Shown here in pieces: positions 7,048 through 17,237 of a stretch of DNA of 54,773 nt; the stretch's first letter is position 1; every line of letters begins with the position of its first letter. The position numbers were made by a program, and so were the translations under genes. The notes beneath the pieces are model-generated. The model did no database searches, was not told where the DNA came from, and worked only from the letters and a program-made list of their open reading frames with translations. The DNA is from a virus (taxonomy: Duplodnaviria; Caudoviricetes), in IMG/VR virus record IMGVR_UViG_3300042453_001089, positions 1 through 54,773 of that record. One strand, 5' to 3'.

Positions 7048-8099
7048 TTGGTGTCCTTTCTCAAGTCGCGGTCGCAAAACAATGGATAGGCCCGCGTCAC
7101 TTCGTTGCGGCCGTGGTCGATGATCGCCATCCCTTGGCACGGCCGCTCTGGTGACGCGACTCGTTCAGCGTAGGGCGAGTGTCCAATCACGCTTCCGTTG
7201 GCAACGTATCGCGCCCCGCGGAGCCAGCCCCAACTGTGGTAGTGGCCGAAGATCGTCAGGTTCGCTTTGCGGCCTGCGTCCCACCTGGCGATGGCTTTGC
7301 TGGCCGGCAGGGCCAGGCCGTAGACGCCACCGGCGAAACGAATTGAGTGGCCGTGCGTAGTACGCACTAGGAACCCGTCGAGATCCACATAGCCCAGGTG
7401 CCCTGCCGCAATCTGCCAGTGGACGTTTTTATTCCTCTCCTCACGCGCGAGCGTGAAATACATCATCTGCTCCCACGAGTGATCTAGTTCCGTGGCAATG
7501 CGGTTTTTCTCTGTGCTGCGGCCGTGGTTGCCGGCGTTGGTGCAGACGATCACCTCGTCAGCGTGCTGGGCGATTGAGTCGATCAGCCCACGCAGCCGCT
7601 CGGCAATCCAGCGGGTGGCGTTCATCGGCGACAACTGCGCCACCTCCATACAGTCGGGGTGGATGTGACCCGTAATGAAGTCGCCGCCCAACCATATGAG
7701 CACGCGGCGAACGTCTGCCTGGTGCCGCTCATGCTCGAGACAGTCCAGAAACCGCTCCTGCAGTTCCGCCAGCCTCAATTGACATACGTCAAGCGAATAG
7801 TCGTTTTCGCCGTTGACCGTCTCCGGCAGCACGCGCTCTTCAGCGTGCACGTCTGACAGCATCAGCACCGCCGTGGCGGCGTGCTTGGTGCGTTTCCGAC
7901 CCTTGACAGTTTTGGTCATGGGCTTGCTGGCGATGCCCTTGAGACTCACGAGTGCGTCGGCACGCTCACGTTCTCGGTCAATCGCCTTGAGTGCGGCGTC
8001 ATACCTTTTTCGGTATAGCGCCACCTCAGACCGCAGCCGCGACAGTTCCGCGTCGGATGCAAGCGTGTCGATCGAGTCGGCTATTTTTTCTTGAGCCAT
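7044..8099 (-). CDS. Calcineurin-like metallophosphoesterase
   Basis: SDVH, GGD, GNHG, HGH, GHYH motifs. Confidence 0.88.
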   Translation of the reverse strand: MAQEKIADSIDTLASDAELSRLRSEVALYRKRYDAALKAIDRERERADALVSLKGIASKPMTKTVKGRKRTKHAATAVLMLSDVHAEERVLPETVNGENDYSLDVCQLRLAELQERFLDCLEHERHQADVRRVLIWLGGDFITGHIHPDCMEVAQLSPMNATRWIAERLRGLIDSIAQHADEVIVCTNAGNHGRSTEKNRIATELDHSWEQMMYFTLAREERNKNVHWQIAAGHLGYVDLDGFLVRTTHGHSIRFAGGVYGLALPASKAIARWDAGRKANLTIFGHYHSWGWLRGARYVANGSVIGHSPYAERVASPERPCQGMAIIDHGRNEVTRAYPLFCDRDLRKDTK

Positions 8100-8332
8100 T
8101 TGGACACCGTGCTCTCAGTTGGGAGGTTCCATCCACGCTTCCCGGCAATACTGACCAGTGCGGTAGCAACCTGATGCCGGCGGGCTGCGTAGCCGCCAGA
8201 TTGGAATCGCGAGCGAACCGCCAGCAGTTCTTCCTGCGCTTCAAGCGGCAATCGGGCGAACCACGTCACAGCCGGATTCGCCTGCAACACCGACACGATT
8301 TCATCGCCTAGTGCCACGTGCTTGGCCGCCAT
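8081..8332 (-). CDS. Hypothetical protein (possible HTH)
   Basis: AAGGAG SD; operon position. Confidence 0.65.
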   Translation of the reverse strand: MAAKHVALGDEIVSVLQANPAVTWFARLPLEAQEELLAVRSRFQSGGYAARRHQVATALVSIAGKRGWNLPTESTVSKWLKKK

Positions 8333-8335
8333 GAC

Positions 8336-8617
8336 TCACTCCTTCGGCTTGATGTCGTAGAGGGACAGCAGCACCTTTGCCAGATCCTTCCCGGCCTGCT
8401 CGACCACGCCCTCATCAGCCTGCGGAAAGATCGCGTGCAGCAACTCGTGGAGAATGATTGTGAGGCGATGTCGGCCGCGAAGGCCGTCGTGGATAACGAT
8501 GCGAGGCCGCTTCGCCTTCTGCGTGTAGGTGATGCCGTACGCAGACCCGGTCAGCGGTGCGAACCGGATGAGCCACCGCTCGTCGCCGTTCAGCGTGAAT
8601 TGGTGGTCCTCTGACAC
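8336..8617 (-). CDS. Small zincin-like metallopeptidase
   Basis: ILHELLHA (HExxH) motif. Confidence 0.75.
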   Translation of the reverse strand: MSEDHQFTLNGDERWLIRFAPLTGSAYGITYTQKAKRPRIVIHDGLRGRHRLTIILHELLHAIFPQADEGVVEQAGKDLAKVLLSLYDIKPKE

Positions 8618-8636
8618 GCGAAGCCCTTTCGCCCGT

Positions 8637-8657
8637 CAGTCTGGCGGGTGTGTCAAG
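8637..8657 (-). promoter_or_regulatory. Conserved CTTGACA-N8-ANWCTG motif, copy 1
   Basis: Also at 21600..21620 and 41318..41338, all at operon junctions. Confidence 0.5.
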
Positions 8658-9018
8658 CAGACGTGCGTGCTCGAGCCTTGCGGCACGCCATGCGCACCAG
8701 AAGCTTCGCCGCCATGTCTGACCATGGCAGTATCGTCTTGCCATGCTGCCGACGTTTTGCGTGTTCGCCACGCATAGCGGCGAGGATTTCCGGCAGTCCC
8801 TGCCCCTCGCACCAGGCGGCGCCCATGGAATTCATCTTGCGGCTCATGGCGTTGCAGCTGCAGCCAAGGTTCGCTTCGATGCCGAGCAAGTTTTTGAGAA
8901 GGGCTTTCAACTCGGTTCCCGGCCCGCCCTCTGGCTGATCGGCTTGCGGCCTGCCCTTGCTGTGACAGTCCCGCTCGACCATTTTCCCGTCCACGAGTAT
9001 TCGCTCGATGCAGCCCAT
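8653..9018 (-). CDS. Cys-containing protein following the adhesin
   Basis: GPGTELKALL..CSCNAM..WC; directly coupled. Confidence 0.75.
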   Translation of the reverse strand: MGCIERILVDGKMVERDCHSKGRPQADQPEGGPGTELKALLKNLLGIEANLGCSCNAMSRKMNSMGAAWCEGQGLPEILAAMRGEHAKRRQHGKTILPWSDMAAKLLVRMACRKARARTSA

Positions 9019-9019
9019 G

Positions 9020-12000
9020 TCAGGTGATTGTGAGAGTTGCGGTTGCGGCGTTGTATGTTCCGGTCGCCGTCGTGCCCGTGAGCGTAGGCGTGTAGGTCTG
9101 CGTCGTCGGCCCAGCCAGCAGGACGTACTGGGCGCCAGAAGTAGGGTCGGCCGTAAAGGCCACCGTCAGGGCTGCGCTGGTGAACGTAGCAGTCGTGGCA
9201 AGCCCGCCGGGGTTGGTGGGGATCGTCTCTGTTACCACCGTGCCGGCCGATACGTCGAGCGTGCCGGAGAACGTATTCGTTGAGGCGATGCGCAGCGTGC
9301 CGGCGCCAGTTTTTGCCAATGTGCCGCTTCCAGACAGCGTGCCGCCGATTTCTATTTCGTCACCGCTGCCCACGCTGAACGTCGGAGAGTTGGAAACCGC
9401 CACCGCGTCGAGGGTCGCGTTTCCCGTCAGAGTGCCGCCCGAGACGTTGAGCGTGCCACCGAACGTGCTGCCGATGTCGAGCGTCCCGGCGGTTGCGTTA
9501 AGCGTGCCGGCAAACGTGCTGGTGCCCGTGATCACGAGCGTGCCTGTGCCGGTCTTCGCCACCGTGCCGCTGCCGGAAAACTCGGTGTCAATCACGATCC
9601 CTTCGCCGCTGCCAACGCTGATCGTGCCGCCCGTCGCTGCGACTGTGTTGATCGTCGCGTCTCCCGTGAGCGTCCCCTGCACCAGCGAGACGGGCGAGGC
9701 TAGGTCAACCGTGCCACGGTAGTCCAGCACTGCGCCGCTGCCGTCAATCGTCACGCCGGCGTCAGCGGCGATGCTGCCGGTTACTCGCAGCGTGCCGTAC
9801 TCGACACGAGCCTCGCCGGTGGTCGACAGATTGCCCGAGAGCAGGACATCCCCGGTGTTCCCGTCGCTGCCGAACGTATAGTCGATTTCGACAGGACCGG
9901 CGTCTCCAGGGTTGCCGCCAAGCCAGCCGTTCGCGAACTCCACTGTACCGCCGTTTGCGGCTTGTATCAGCACGTCCTGATTCACGAAGAATGTCATCAC
10001 CGACTGGAACCGCGTCGTGCCGTTGGTGTTCGCACCGCCGAGCGTGGCCGGCCCGCTGCCGCCACTAATGTCGATGATCCGCCCGACCTGCGCTCCGCTG
10101 TCCAGTAGGAGGGTTGTGCCGCCGGCCATCTCCACAACCGGAGAACTGCCGCCACCGAGGCCGCCGTTCAACGAGTAGCCGAAGGCTCCGTTGCCGTCGA
10201 GCGGCGCGTTCGCCGTGACGATCAGCGTGCCGGCTAGGATTTCAGTCTTGCCGGTGAACGTGCTGGCGGCCGTCAGTTTCCACCGTCCGCTGCCGGTTTT
10301 CTTGAGCGACTTATTGAATCCTGACGAAGGGTTCGCCATCGCTGCGACCGCGTTGTCTGCCGTGCTGGTGCCGGTGAGCGTCAGCGTGAGGTCGCAAGCA
10401 GCGGCGTAGTTGAATCCCGGCAGCACCAGTGCGCCGCCGTTTGCCTCGATCGTCGCGTCGCCGTGCATCTGGAACGTCGCTGTCGAAGTCACGCCGGGGC
10501 CGTCGTAGGTCAGCGTCGTCTCGCAGTCGCGGGAGCAGTCGCCCAGCCAGAGCGTGATGTCGTTGCAACCGGAGTAGTTCAAAGACTCCAGGTATGCCGG
10601 GGCCTCCTCGGCTGGCGTCCAGCAGACGGACACGTCGAGCCGCCGGAACTCGGAGTCGCACGGCATCGGCTCAACATTGAATTTATCCCAGCAGACCAAG
10701 AACGCGACGTTGACCGGGCATCGCTTTGTCGGCGTGGCGGTCTGCCCGACCGGTACGCCGTGAATCAATATTTCGGAGTCGGTCGTTCCGGTGACGGTCA
10801 CGAGCCACGGGCGGACAGTTGGCTCGCACCGCTTTCGCCGCGGCTGCGTGAACGTCAATCCCGAGGCTTCGCTGACGACCGATTCGCAGCAGTCCGTCGT
10901 GAATGGAGGCCGACACTCGTCCGTCGCGCGGCAGCTCTCTTGGCCGACGCCGGCCCAGCAGCCATCGGCCTCGTCGCACTCCTCTTGCGACAGTGTGCCG
11001 ACACTCTCGCCATCAACACAACAAGCGCCCTTGCACGCTGTTTCGCAGTCCGCCGCGCCGGCGTCAATGATGTCTGGCACTTCGCATTCGTTCTTCGGGC
11101 CAACATCACAGCTAACAACGCCGTCGTCGTCCTCGCGGCAGCACGCGACTTCGCACTGCGGCTCGTCTGGGCAGCACAATTCCTCCCACGTGCCTTCGCA
11201 GTCTGCCTCAAACGTGTAGGTGCATAGCCCGCCGTTGCCGCAGCACCGTCCAATCGGGCCGCGGTCAACCCCTTCGGGCGTAAATCGCGTATAGGGAAAG
11301 TCCTCCAAGTTGCAGCCGGGACACTCGACGAGTTCAAGATTGTCGAGCGTTGGGACCATCTCCTCCGCTTCAGGGTCGTAGACCTCATCTTCGAAGCAAC
11401 CGCAGCAGGTCGCCGACTTGTTCACAAACACTTGCCCGGCCGGGCAAGGCTCGACATCGGGATACCAGACACCGTTACAGCATGTGCCCTCGGTCGTGCG
11501 CCAATCGTTGCCGCAGCACTCGCCGGCCTCAGAACTCGGGAACCAGTGATCCTGCAGTTGCGTAGTCCACTGGTCGTAGCCGCTGCCGGGAGTGTCAATC
11601 GTGAGATCAGTGATTTGCCCGAACGTCTCGCTGTCGGGGTCTTCGTCAATCGTGACTGAGATAGCAGGCGACGTTCCACCTGATCCCCGAAGCGTTGTGA
11701 CCGTGACGGTCGCCACCTCAACCTCATCATCAACAACGCGAGCGTAGCCTGAGCCGCCTTTTCGCAGGACCACGTCCGCTACCGTCTTGCCATCGGTCAG
11801 GATTATTTTTCCGCTGGCGAGACTGTTGCACGTTTCCACGCCGCCAAACGTGGAACTGAAAGCAAGTTGGACCGTCGGCACTTTGCAGCACGTTCCGCTG
11901 CCCGTGGTGTACCACTTGTCGTCGCAGCACTCTCCGCCCTCTTCCTCCTCCGTGGTGCGGAAGTCGCCACCGCAACAACTGCCGGTCCCCGGCAATCGCC

Positions 12001-12187
12001 ACTCGCCCTCGCAGCAAAAGCCGGTCGGCCGCGCATACTCTTCGCCGCAGCAGTTGCAGCCCGTGCATTTCGCGCAGCAGCACGAACTGCAATTAGAGCC
12101 AATCATGATTCCAAGCGGGTACATCGCGGCCGCACAAAGCGCGACGAGCCAGAGCGGCAGCGCAATCGGGTCAAGTGATTCGATCAC
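9020..12187 (-). CDS. Tail tip/adhesin with Cys-rich repeats and autotransporter-associated beta-strand repeats
   Basis: CCxGxW repeats; three KTG(S/T/A)GxLxx..xxTFxGxxxxxAGT repeats; end of the tail module. Confidence 0.8.
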   Translation of the reverse strand: MIESLDPIALPLWLVALCAAAMYPLGIMIGSNCSSCCCAKCTGCNCCGEEYARPTGFCCEGEWRLPGTGSCCGGDFRTTEEEEGGECCDDKWYTTGSGTCCKVPTVQLAFSSTFGGVETCNSLASGKIILTDGKTVADVVLRKGGSGYARVVDDEVEVATVTVTTLRGSGGTSPAISVTIDEDPDSETFGQITDLTIDTPGSGYDQWTTQLQDHWFPSSEAGECCGNDWRTTEGTCCNGVWYPDVEPCPAGQVFVNKSATCCGCFEDEVYDPEAEEMVPTLDNLELVECPGCNLEDFPYTRFTPEGVDRGPIGRCCGNGGLCTYTFEADCEGTWEELCCPDEPQCEVACCREDDDGVVSCDVGPKNECEVPDIIDAGAADCETACKGACCVDGESVGTLSQEECDEADGCWAGVGQESCRATDECRPPFTTDCCESVVSEASGLTFTQPRRKRCEPTVRPWLVTVTGTTDSEILIHGVPVGQTATPTKRCPVNVAFLVCWDKFNVEPMPCDSEFRRLDVSVCWTPAEEAPAYLESLNYSGCNDITLWLGDCSRDCETTLTYDGPGVTSTATFQMHGDATIEANGGALVLPGFNYAAACDLTLTLTGTSTADNAVAAMANPSSGFNKSLKKTGSGRWKLTAASTFTGKTEILAGTLIVTANAPLDGNGAFGYSLNGGLGGGSSPVVEMAGGTTLLLDSGAQVGRIIDISGGSGPATLGGANTNGTTRFQSVMTFFVNQDVLIQAANGGTVEFANGWLGGNPGDAGPVEIDYTFGSDGNTGDVLLSGNLSTTGEARVEYGTLRVTGSIAADAGVTIDGSGAVLDYRGTVDLASPVSLVQGTLTGDATINTVAATGGTISVGSGEGIVIDTEFSGSGTVAKTGTGTLVITGTSTFAGTLNATAGTLDIGSTFGGTLNVSGGTLTGNATLDAVAVSNSPTFSVGSGDEIEIGGTLSGSGTLAKTGAGTLRIASTNTFSGTLDVSAGTVVTETIPTNPGGLATTATFTSAALTVAFTADPTSGAQYVLLAGPTTQTYTPTLTGTTATGTYNAATATLTIT

Positions 12188-12188
12188 G

Positions 12189-12530
12189 TCAGCACTCCGC
12201 GGCGATCAGATACCAGGCGGTGCCCTCGCGAGCGATGGCGCAGTGAGCCGTGCCTGTTGGAGCGGGAACGTTGGCGAACAGATTGATCGCCACGCTGGTT
12301 CGTGCCGTATCGTTTCGCAGCGTAACCGTTTTCGTGTTGCCCTTGTTCCACGCGCCAGAGAATGAGCCAATGCGAAACGGCTTGAACGCTGGCCCGTCAG
12401 GAGGCGAACCGAAATCAAAGCCGAGAGCGGCGGCAAACGTCAGAGGGCGGGCACGAGGGAACTGCCCCTCAACGGTGCGAACGACACGCCCAATGCGAGC
12501 AGCAGAATTGTCGTCAAACTGCGTGAGCAT
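12189..12530 (-). CDS. Minor tail protein
   Basis: Position between tail genes; start uncertain. Confidence 0.65.
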   Translation of the reverse strand: MLTQFDDNSAARIGRVVRTVEGQFPRARPLTFAAALGFDFGSPPDGPAFKPFRIGSFSGAWNKGNTKTVTLRNDTARTSVAINLFANVPAPTGTAHCAIAREGTAWYLIAAEC

Positions 12531-12531
12531 G

Positions 12532-13425
12532 TCAGGTCGTCGGTGTAGTCGGCGGGGCACCGAACAGCGTGGTGAAGTTGGTTTCTGGGTTCACTCGCCG
12601 CGTCAAGATCGTCGGCGCGCCACCCGTCTGCGCTCCGCTGCCGTTTAGACCGACAGGATTCGGGGACGGAATCCATTCCGAGTTTTGAAAATCAAACACC
12701 ATGCAGCGACGCTTTTGCCCGCTGTCAATGAAGTTGAACCCAATGTCGGGCAGTTGGTAGCTGTGCCCAGACTGCCGATATCGCAGTTCTGCGGTCGCCC
12801 TCCAAAACGCCGTGACGACGCCGCTGACATCCTCGCGGTCAGGCTCAACGGTGACCTTCTCGACTCGAACCGAGCCAGCAGGGCACCCGAGAAACGTGCC
12901 GTCGTTGACGAAGTTTTGAGCCGCAATCCAGCTAGTAGGCAGGCTGGCCCAGTTGGCCGTGATCAATATCGTGATGACCGACTCTTGCGTCACCAAGCCG
13001 GGAAAATAATCGTAGGCCGAATTTGTCAGGGGAAGTTTCGTGCCGTTTCCAGCGCCTGAGTAGTAGAAGAGCGCAGGAACCTCGCCAGGGGCCGAACTAA
13101 ACGTCCATTCGTACGTTCGAGCCGTCGGCGAAAGAAGTTCGCTGTCGAGAACAACACGGTAGTCGGCGACGATTTTCCCGTGGTATGGCGACCCCTCGTG
13201 GGCCTCGGAGTAGGTGAGTTTCGACAACTTGTACTTCTGTCCCGTGTACGTCGGGTGCTCCTGGCCAAGATCGAGGCCCGTTGCCACAAGCACCGCGGAC
13301 TCACTAACGGGAGAATCAATGGCGTTGTCCGTGCGAACGACGACAAACTCGCGCGTCAGTTGCCGAGTCTGGCCGATTTCATACACCGCCTTGCGGGGCA
13401 GTTCCTTCAGGCTGAGAAAACTCAT
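12532..13425 (-). CDS. Distal tail/baseplate hub-like protein
   Basis: Immediately follows the TMP, ATGA overlap. Confidence 0.7.
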   Translation of the reverse strand: MSFLSLKELPRKAVYEIGQTRQLTREFVVVRTDNAIDSPVSESAVLVATGLDLGQEHPTYTGQKYKLSKLTYSEAHEGSPYHGKIVADYRVVLDSELLSPTARTYEWTFSSAPGEVPALFYYSGAGNGTKLPLTNSAYDYFPGLVTQESVITILITANWASLPTSWIAAQNFVNDGTFLGCPAGSVRVEKVTVEPDREDVSGVVTAFWRATAELRYRQSGHSYQLPDIGFNFIDSGQKRRCMVFDFQNSEWIPSPNPVGLNGSGAQTGGAPTILTRRVNPETNFTTLFGAPPTTPTT

Positions 13426-16400
13426 AGCAGCGTTGCGGGGATTCCGATCCTGTTGAGGTTTGTGGCAAGACCCTCTGCGATCTCGCGCATGATTTTGTTT
13501 CCGAGCCGCTGCTCAATCAGTCGCGGATCTTGCGCCGTCGTTGCCAGGCCGAGCACGATGGCTGCACCCTCTGCGGTTCGAGCGTCGGCCGTTTCAACGG
13601 TGCGAGAGCCGAGCGTATTCAAGTCGTTGAACAGTTTTTGCTGCCGCTCGGCGGCCTTGGCAAATGCGTCATTCGTCAGGCCGATCGCATCGTTCGCGGC
13701 CCGCTGCAGTTGCCCGACTTGCTTCTGGGCCGCGTTCGCAAATTGCTGCTGCTGGGCGGCCTGAGCGTTGGCGCTTGCGAGGGCGCCAGCGTTGATTTGT
13801 TGGTTGGCTTGCACCTTGCCGTCAACGATGTTCTGCTCGGCCCTCTTGAGCTTCTCGAGTGCGCCCAACTCAGCCTGGCGGGCTTTGGCGGCCTTTAGGT
13901 CGCCAGCCTCGCGGGCGGCAGCAACAGATCGCTGTTGCGTTGCAATCTGGTCTTCAATCGCCTTGAGGTTCTGTGCTGCCTCGATCTTCCGTTTGTTCGT
14001 TTGCTCAAACGCCTCGGCCTCTAGGCGTGCGCGGTCAGTCACGAGAGTTTTGAGATATTCATTGACGCGGGTGTTTGCGTCCACCTGACGCTGGAACGCT
14101 TCCTGCTGCGCCTGCTGCTGGGCTTGACGCTCCCGCTCCAGTTGGGCAAGACGCTCGTCTGCCAGCTTTCGCTGATTTGCCACTTCAGCCTCATAGGCTG
14201 CCTGCGACAAGATGCCGTCGCGAACTTGCTGCTGGGCACGGGCAACGCCGTCTTGAAGTTGTTGAGCCGCCTTGGCACCTTCGTTGCCGAAGTCGGACGC
14301 CTTGCCGATAAGATCATCCAGCCCGCGAGTCGTCGCCTGAAAGGCTTTATCGAAGCCGTCAGCAAACCCCTGAGCAGTCTCGTCCGCACGGTCTGCGAAG
14401 TTGGCTTCGGCCTCAGATAGTTTCGCTTCGACTTGGTCCAACTGGGCCAGGCGAGCCGATGCGCGAGCAGCGGCCTCGGTGTCCGAGTTGGCGTTGGCCC
14501 TCGCCAGTTCCGCCTCGGTCTTCGCAATCTCGTCACGAACGCGAGTCAGGTCGGCAGCGTTTTTCGCCCTCGCCTCATCACCGCCAAACTGATTCTGAAT
14601 ACGGATCTGTTCCAGTTCCCGATCGACGATTGACTGAACGGCAGCGGCCTGAGCTTGCGCTGCGTCGGCGGCCTCTTTTCGTCCTCGAGCCTCTTCGTCA
14701 ATGGCGGAATTCACTCTCAGCTGGAGCGTCTCGATACGCTCAATCTCGTCAGCGGTCAATTCCCCGTCTTGCTGCGCAGCCGCTAATGCCTGCTCAAATT
14801 CCTGCATCAACTTGGTGACGGTACTGGACTGATCGACAAGTCCATCGAAAAGGTTGTCAAACCGCTCTCGCAGCGTCTCGACATTCGACTCAATGCGGAA
14901 CTCTGGCGCGCGTTCCTGCTGAATGCGAGTTTTGATGCCGCCGACAAGCCGCGACGCGGCTCCCTGCCCGGCCTGCTCTGCATTGTTGCCGACATCGTCA
15001 AAGATGCCCGAGAAAGCGTTGGCTGCGTTGGTTGCAGCTGCCTCCATTTCCCGTGCGTTCCGGTCGGCTGACTCTTGCGACGCCGCCGCAAGCCCTGCGC
15101 CGAACTGTTCCAGATCGTCGCTGACCCAACTGCCGATGCCTTCGAGCACCTTGCCAAGACCTATCAGCAATGCGTCAATGCCGATCTGAATCACGTTGAA
15201 AATTGTCCTGAATCCTTCGGCGCCGGTCAGCAGCAACTGCCCTCCAATCCGAAAGATTTCCGCTACGTCGTCGAGGCTTGAAGAAACTCCTTCGAGGTTG
15301 CGGGTAAAGAAGTCAAACACGCCAGCAAAATAGTCGGCTGCCTCCAGCAGTGAGTCAGTGATGGCATTGGCAATGCCAGTTCCGCCGCTTCCCTGAGCGC
15401 CGCTCCACTCCTCAACAAACTTTAAGAATTCATCAACAACCGCCGTCACCGCCGGGGCAAGATTTCCGACGACCTGCCCGATGATTCCGTTGATCGTTGC
15501 GCTAACGGTATCAAAAGCGTCGTTGAGATCGGCGACGTTGTTGACTTGCGTGTCACTGACAATAATTCCAAGCCTCTCGGCTCGCTGGCGAAGTTCATCA
15601 ATGCTGGACGCCCCCTCGCGAAACAGCGGGGCGAGCGCGGCGCCCTGCTTGCCAAAGATTTCGACGGCAGCAGCGGCACGGTCGGCAGCCGTTGGGAGTT
15701 GCGAAATGGCATCGCCGATGGCAGAAAATTGCTGCTCTGGCGCAAGCGCCCGCAGTTCAGCGACCGAAAGACCGATAGCCTTTAAATTCTTGTCAAAGGC
15801 GTCACCGGGATTTGCCTTGCCGATGCTGACTCCGAGCCGCTGCACCGCGGCGCCAAACTGCTCCGTATCAACGCCGGCCAATTTTGCGGCGAGCGAGTAG
15901 CCTTGAAGAGCCTCGACACCGATGCCCGTGCGGGCAGAGAAATCATTGAGCGTGTCGAGCGACGAGTTGACGTTGCTGACGAGCGACGTGATTTGCCCGG
16001 TGACTCGCTGAAAGACTCCGCTCAACGCTTGAAAGCCGTCAATCAAGACGCGGCCGATTTCGATCTTCGTGAGCAGGCTGACGTTGGAATTGAGCGACGC
16101 CAGTGTTTTGTCAGCCTTCGTCGCCGAATCGCCAACGCCGTTCAGCGACACCTTGGCCTTGTCCATCGCTCGAGAGTACGTCTCTTGGGAAATTCGGCCG
16201 GCGTCAAGCTGCTCCTTCAGTTCGGCCGCAGTCCGCTCATACCGCTGTAGCGGAGTGATGTTCGCTTCCGTGATCTGCGCCGCTCGCTGAAATGCCGCTG
16301 CCTCTTTGTTCGCCGCCTCGGCAAGCCGCTCAAACTGAATCGCAAACTCGGTAGCACCAATGGCGCCGTCCCGCAGGGAGTTCTGGAGGTCTTGCAGTTG

Positions 16401-16580
16401 GCTGCCGAATTGCTGCTGAGCACGGCCGGCGGCGTCAGACCCGCCGGCAAACTTCTCAAACTGGCCGGTCAGCTTGTCCGCTTCAGTTCCCAGAGCGACG
16501 AGCGCACGCTGTACCGGATCGAGCTTGAAGCCCGAAGCGTCGGCGCTGATCTTCATCGCGAGTGACAGGACGTTCGCCAT
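13422..16580 (-). CDS. Tape measure protein
   Basis: ~1050 aa, Ala/Gln-rich helical; follows the chaperone pair. Confidence 0.92.
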   Translation of the reverse strand: MANVLSLAMKISADASGFKLDPVQRALVALGTEADKLTGQFEKFAGGSDAAGRAQQQFGSQLQDLQNSLRDGAIGATEFAIQFERLAEAANKEAAAFQRAAQITEANITPLQRYERTAAELKEQLDAGRISQETYSRAMDKAKVSLNGVGDSATKADKTLASLNSNVSLLTKIEIGRVLIDGFQALSGVFQRVTGQITSLVSNVNSSLDTLNDFSARTGIGVEALQGYSLAAKLAGVDTEQFGAAVQRLGVSIGKANPGDAFDKNLKAIGLSVAELRALAPEQQFSAIGDAISQLPTAADRAAAAVEIFGKQGAALAPLFREGASSIDELRQRAERLGIIVSDTQVNNVADLNDAFDTVSATINGIIGQVVGNLAPAVTAVVDEFLKFVEEWSGAQGSGGTGIANAITDSLLEAADYFAGVFDFFTRNLEGVSSSLDDVAEIFRIGGQLLLTGAEGFRTIFNVIQIGIDALLIGLGKVLEGIGSWVSDDLEQFGAGLAAASQESADRNAREMEAAATNAANAFSGIFDDVGNNAEQAGQGAASRLVGGIKTRIQQERAPEFRIESNVETLRERFDNLFDGLVDQSSTVTKLMQEFEQALAAAQQDGELTADEIERIETLQLRVNSAIDEEARGRKEAADAAQAQAAAVQSIVDRELEQIRIQNQFGGDEARAKNAADLTRVRDEIAKTEAELARANANSDTEAAARASARLAQLDQVEAKLSEAEANFADRADETAQGFADGFDKAFQATTRGLDDLIGKASDFGNEGAKAAQQLQDGVARAQQQVRDGILSQAAYEAEVANQRKLADERLAQLERERQAQQQAQQEAFQRQVDANTRVNEYLKTLVTDRARLEAEAFEQTNKRKIEAAQNLKAIEDQIATQQRSVAAAREAGDLKAAKARQAELGALEKLKRAEQNIVDGKVQANQQINAGALASANAQAAQQQQFANAAQKQVGQLQRAANDAIGLTNDAFAKAAERQQKLFNDLNTLGSRTVETADARTAEGAAIVLGLATTAQDPRLIEQRLGNKIMREIAEGLATNLNRIGIPATLL

Positions 16581-16891
16581 CAACCACCTTCAAGGTTCGC
16601 CTTCAGTTGCTGCAAAACGTCAATGATCTGATTCGTATGTTGCGGCGGCTTCTCAATCGGCACGAAATCTGACGGGCTCGGTGCCTTCCCCTTGCCCGAA
16701 TACGGCGCGAGCATCGCCGACACGATCAATCCTGTCTGCTGCCAGTGGTTTGGGATTGCCTCAAAGTACCGCGTGTAAGCCATCCACTCCGCAAGTTCAC
16801 GGCAGGACATCCGCCGCTCTATTTCGCCTACCGTCATCTTCAAGTGGCCCGCCAGACGAAACAGAAACTGTCGCGTCGGGCGGAGGTTCAG
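16580..16891 (-). CDS. Tail assembly chaperone, -1 frameshift extension (gpT-like)
   Basis: The -1 frame after A AAA AAC reads LNLRPTRQFLFRLAGHLKMTVGEIERRMS..ELAEWMAY. Confidence 0.85.
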   Translation of the reverse strand: MNLRPTRQFLFRLAGHLKMTVGEIERRMSCRELAEWMAYTRYFEAIPNHWQQTGLIVSAMLAPYSGKGKAPSPSDFVPIEKPPQHTNQIIDVLQQLKANLEGG

Positions 16892-17232
16892 TTTTTTGCG
16901 AGTGCCTCGACATCCTCGTTCGTGACGGCGTTGTGCTTCATCGCCAGGTCGAACAACCGACTCATCACCTTCACCGACTTCGTGCCGAGTTTCTCGACCT
17001 GATCATGCGTGAAGAGCGCCTTGCCGTCCTTGTCGCAGATGCACCGGACAAGCAGCTTCGGGCGCCACAATTCCATCTTTTCCTTTTTCTCAGCGAACTC
17101 CCGCTGGTACGCCTCCATTTCGCCCACGCTCATCACGCGGACGTAGACAGTTCCGCCCCACTCGCGAACCTCTACAGGTATGAGGTTCTGATCATTCGCC
17201 GCGAAGATGCCATCGGCTGTCAGGTCTACCAT
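16888..17232 (-). CDS. Tail assembly chaperone (gpG-like)
   Basis: VEVREWGGTVYVRVMS; ends AKN-stop on the slippery heptamer at 16891..16897. Confidence 0.88.
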   Translation of the reverse strand: MVDLTADGIFAANDQNLIPVEVREWGGTVYVRVMSVGEMEAYQREFAEKKEKMELWRPKLLVRCICDKDGKALFTHDQVEKLGTKSVKVMSRLFDLAMKHNAVTNEDVEALAKN

Positions 17233-17237
17233 TGCAA

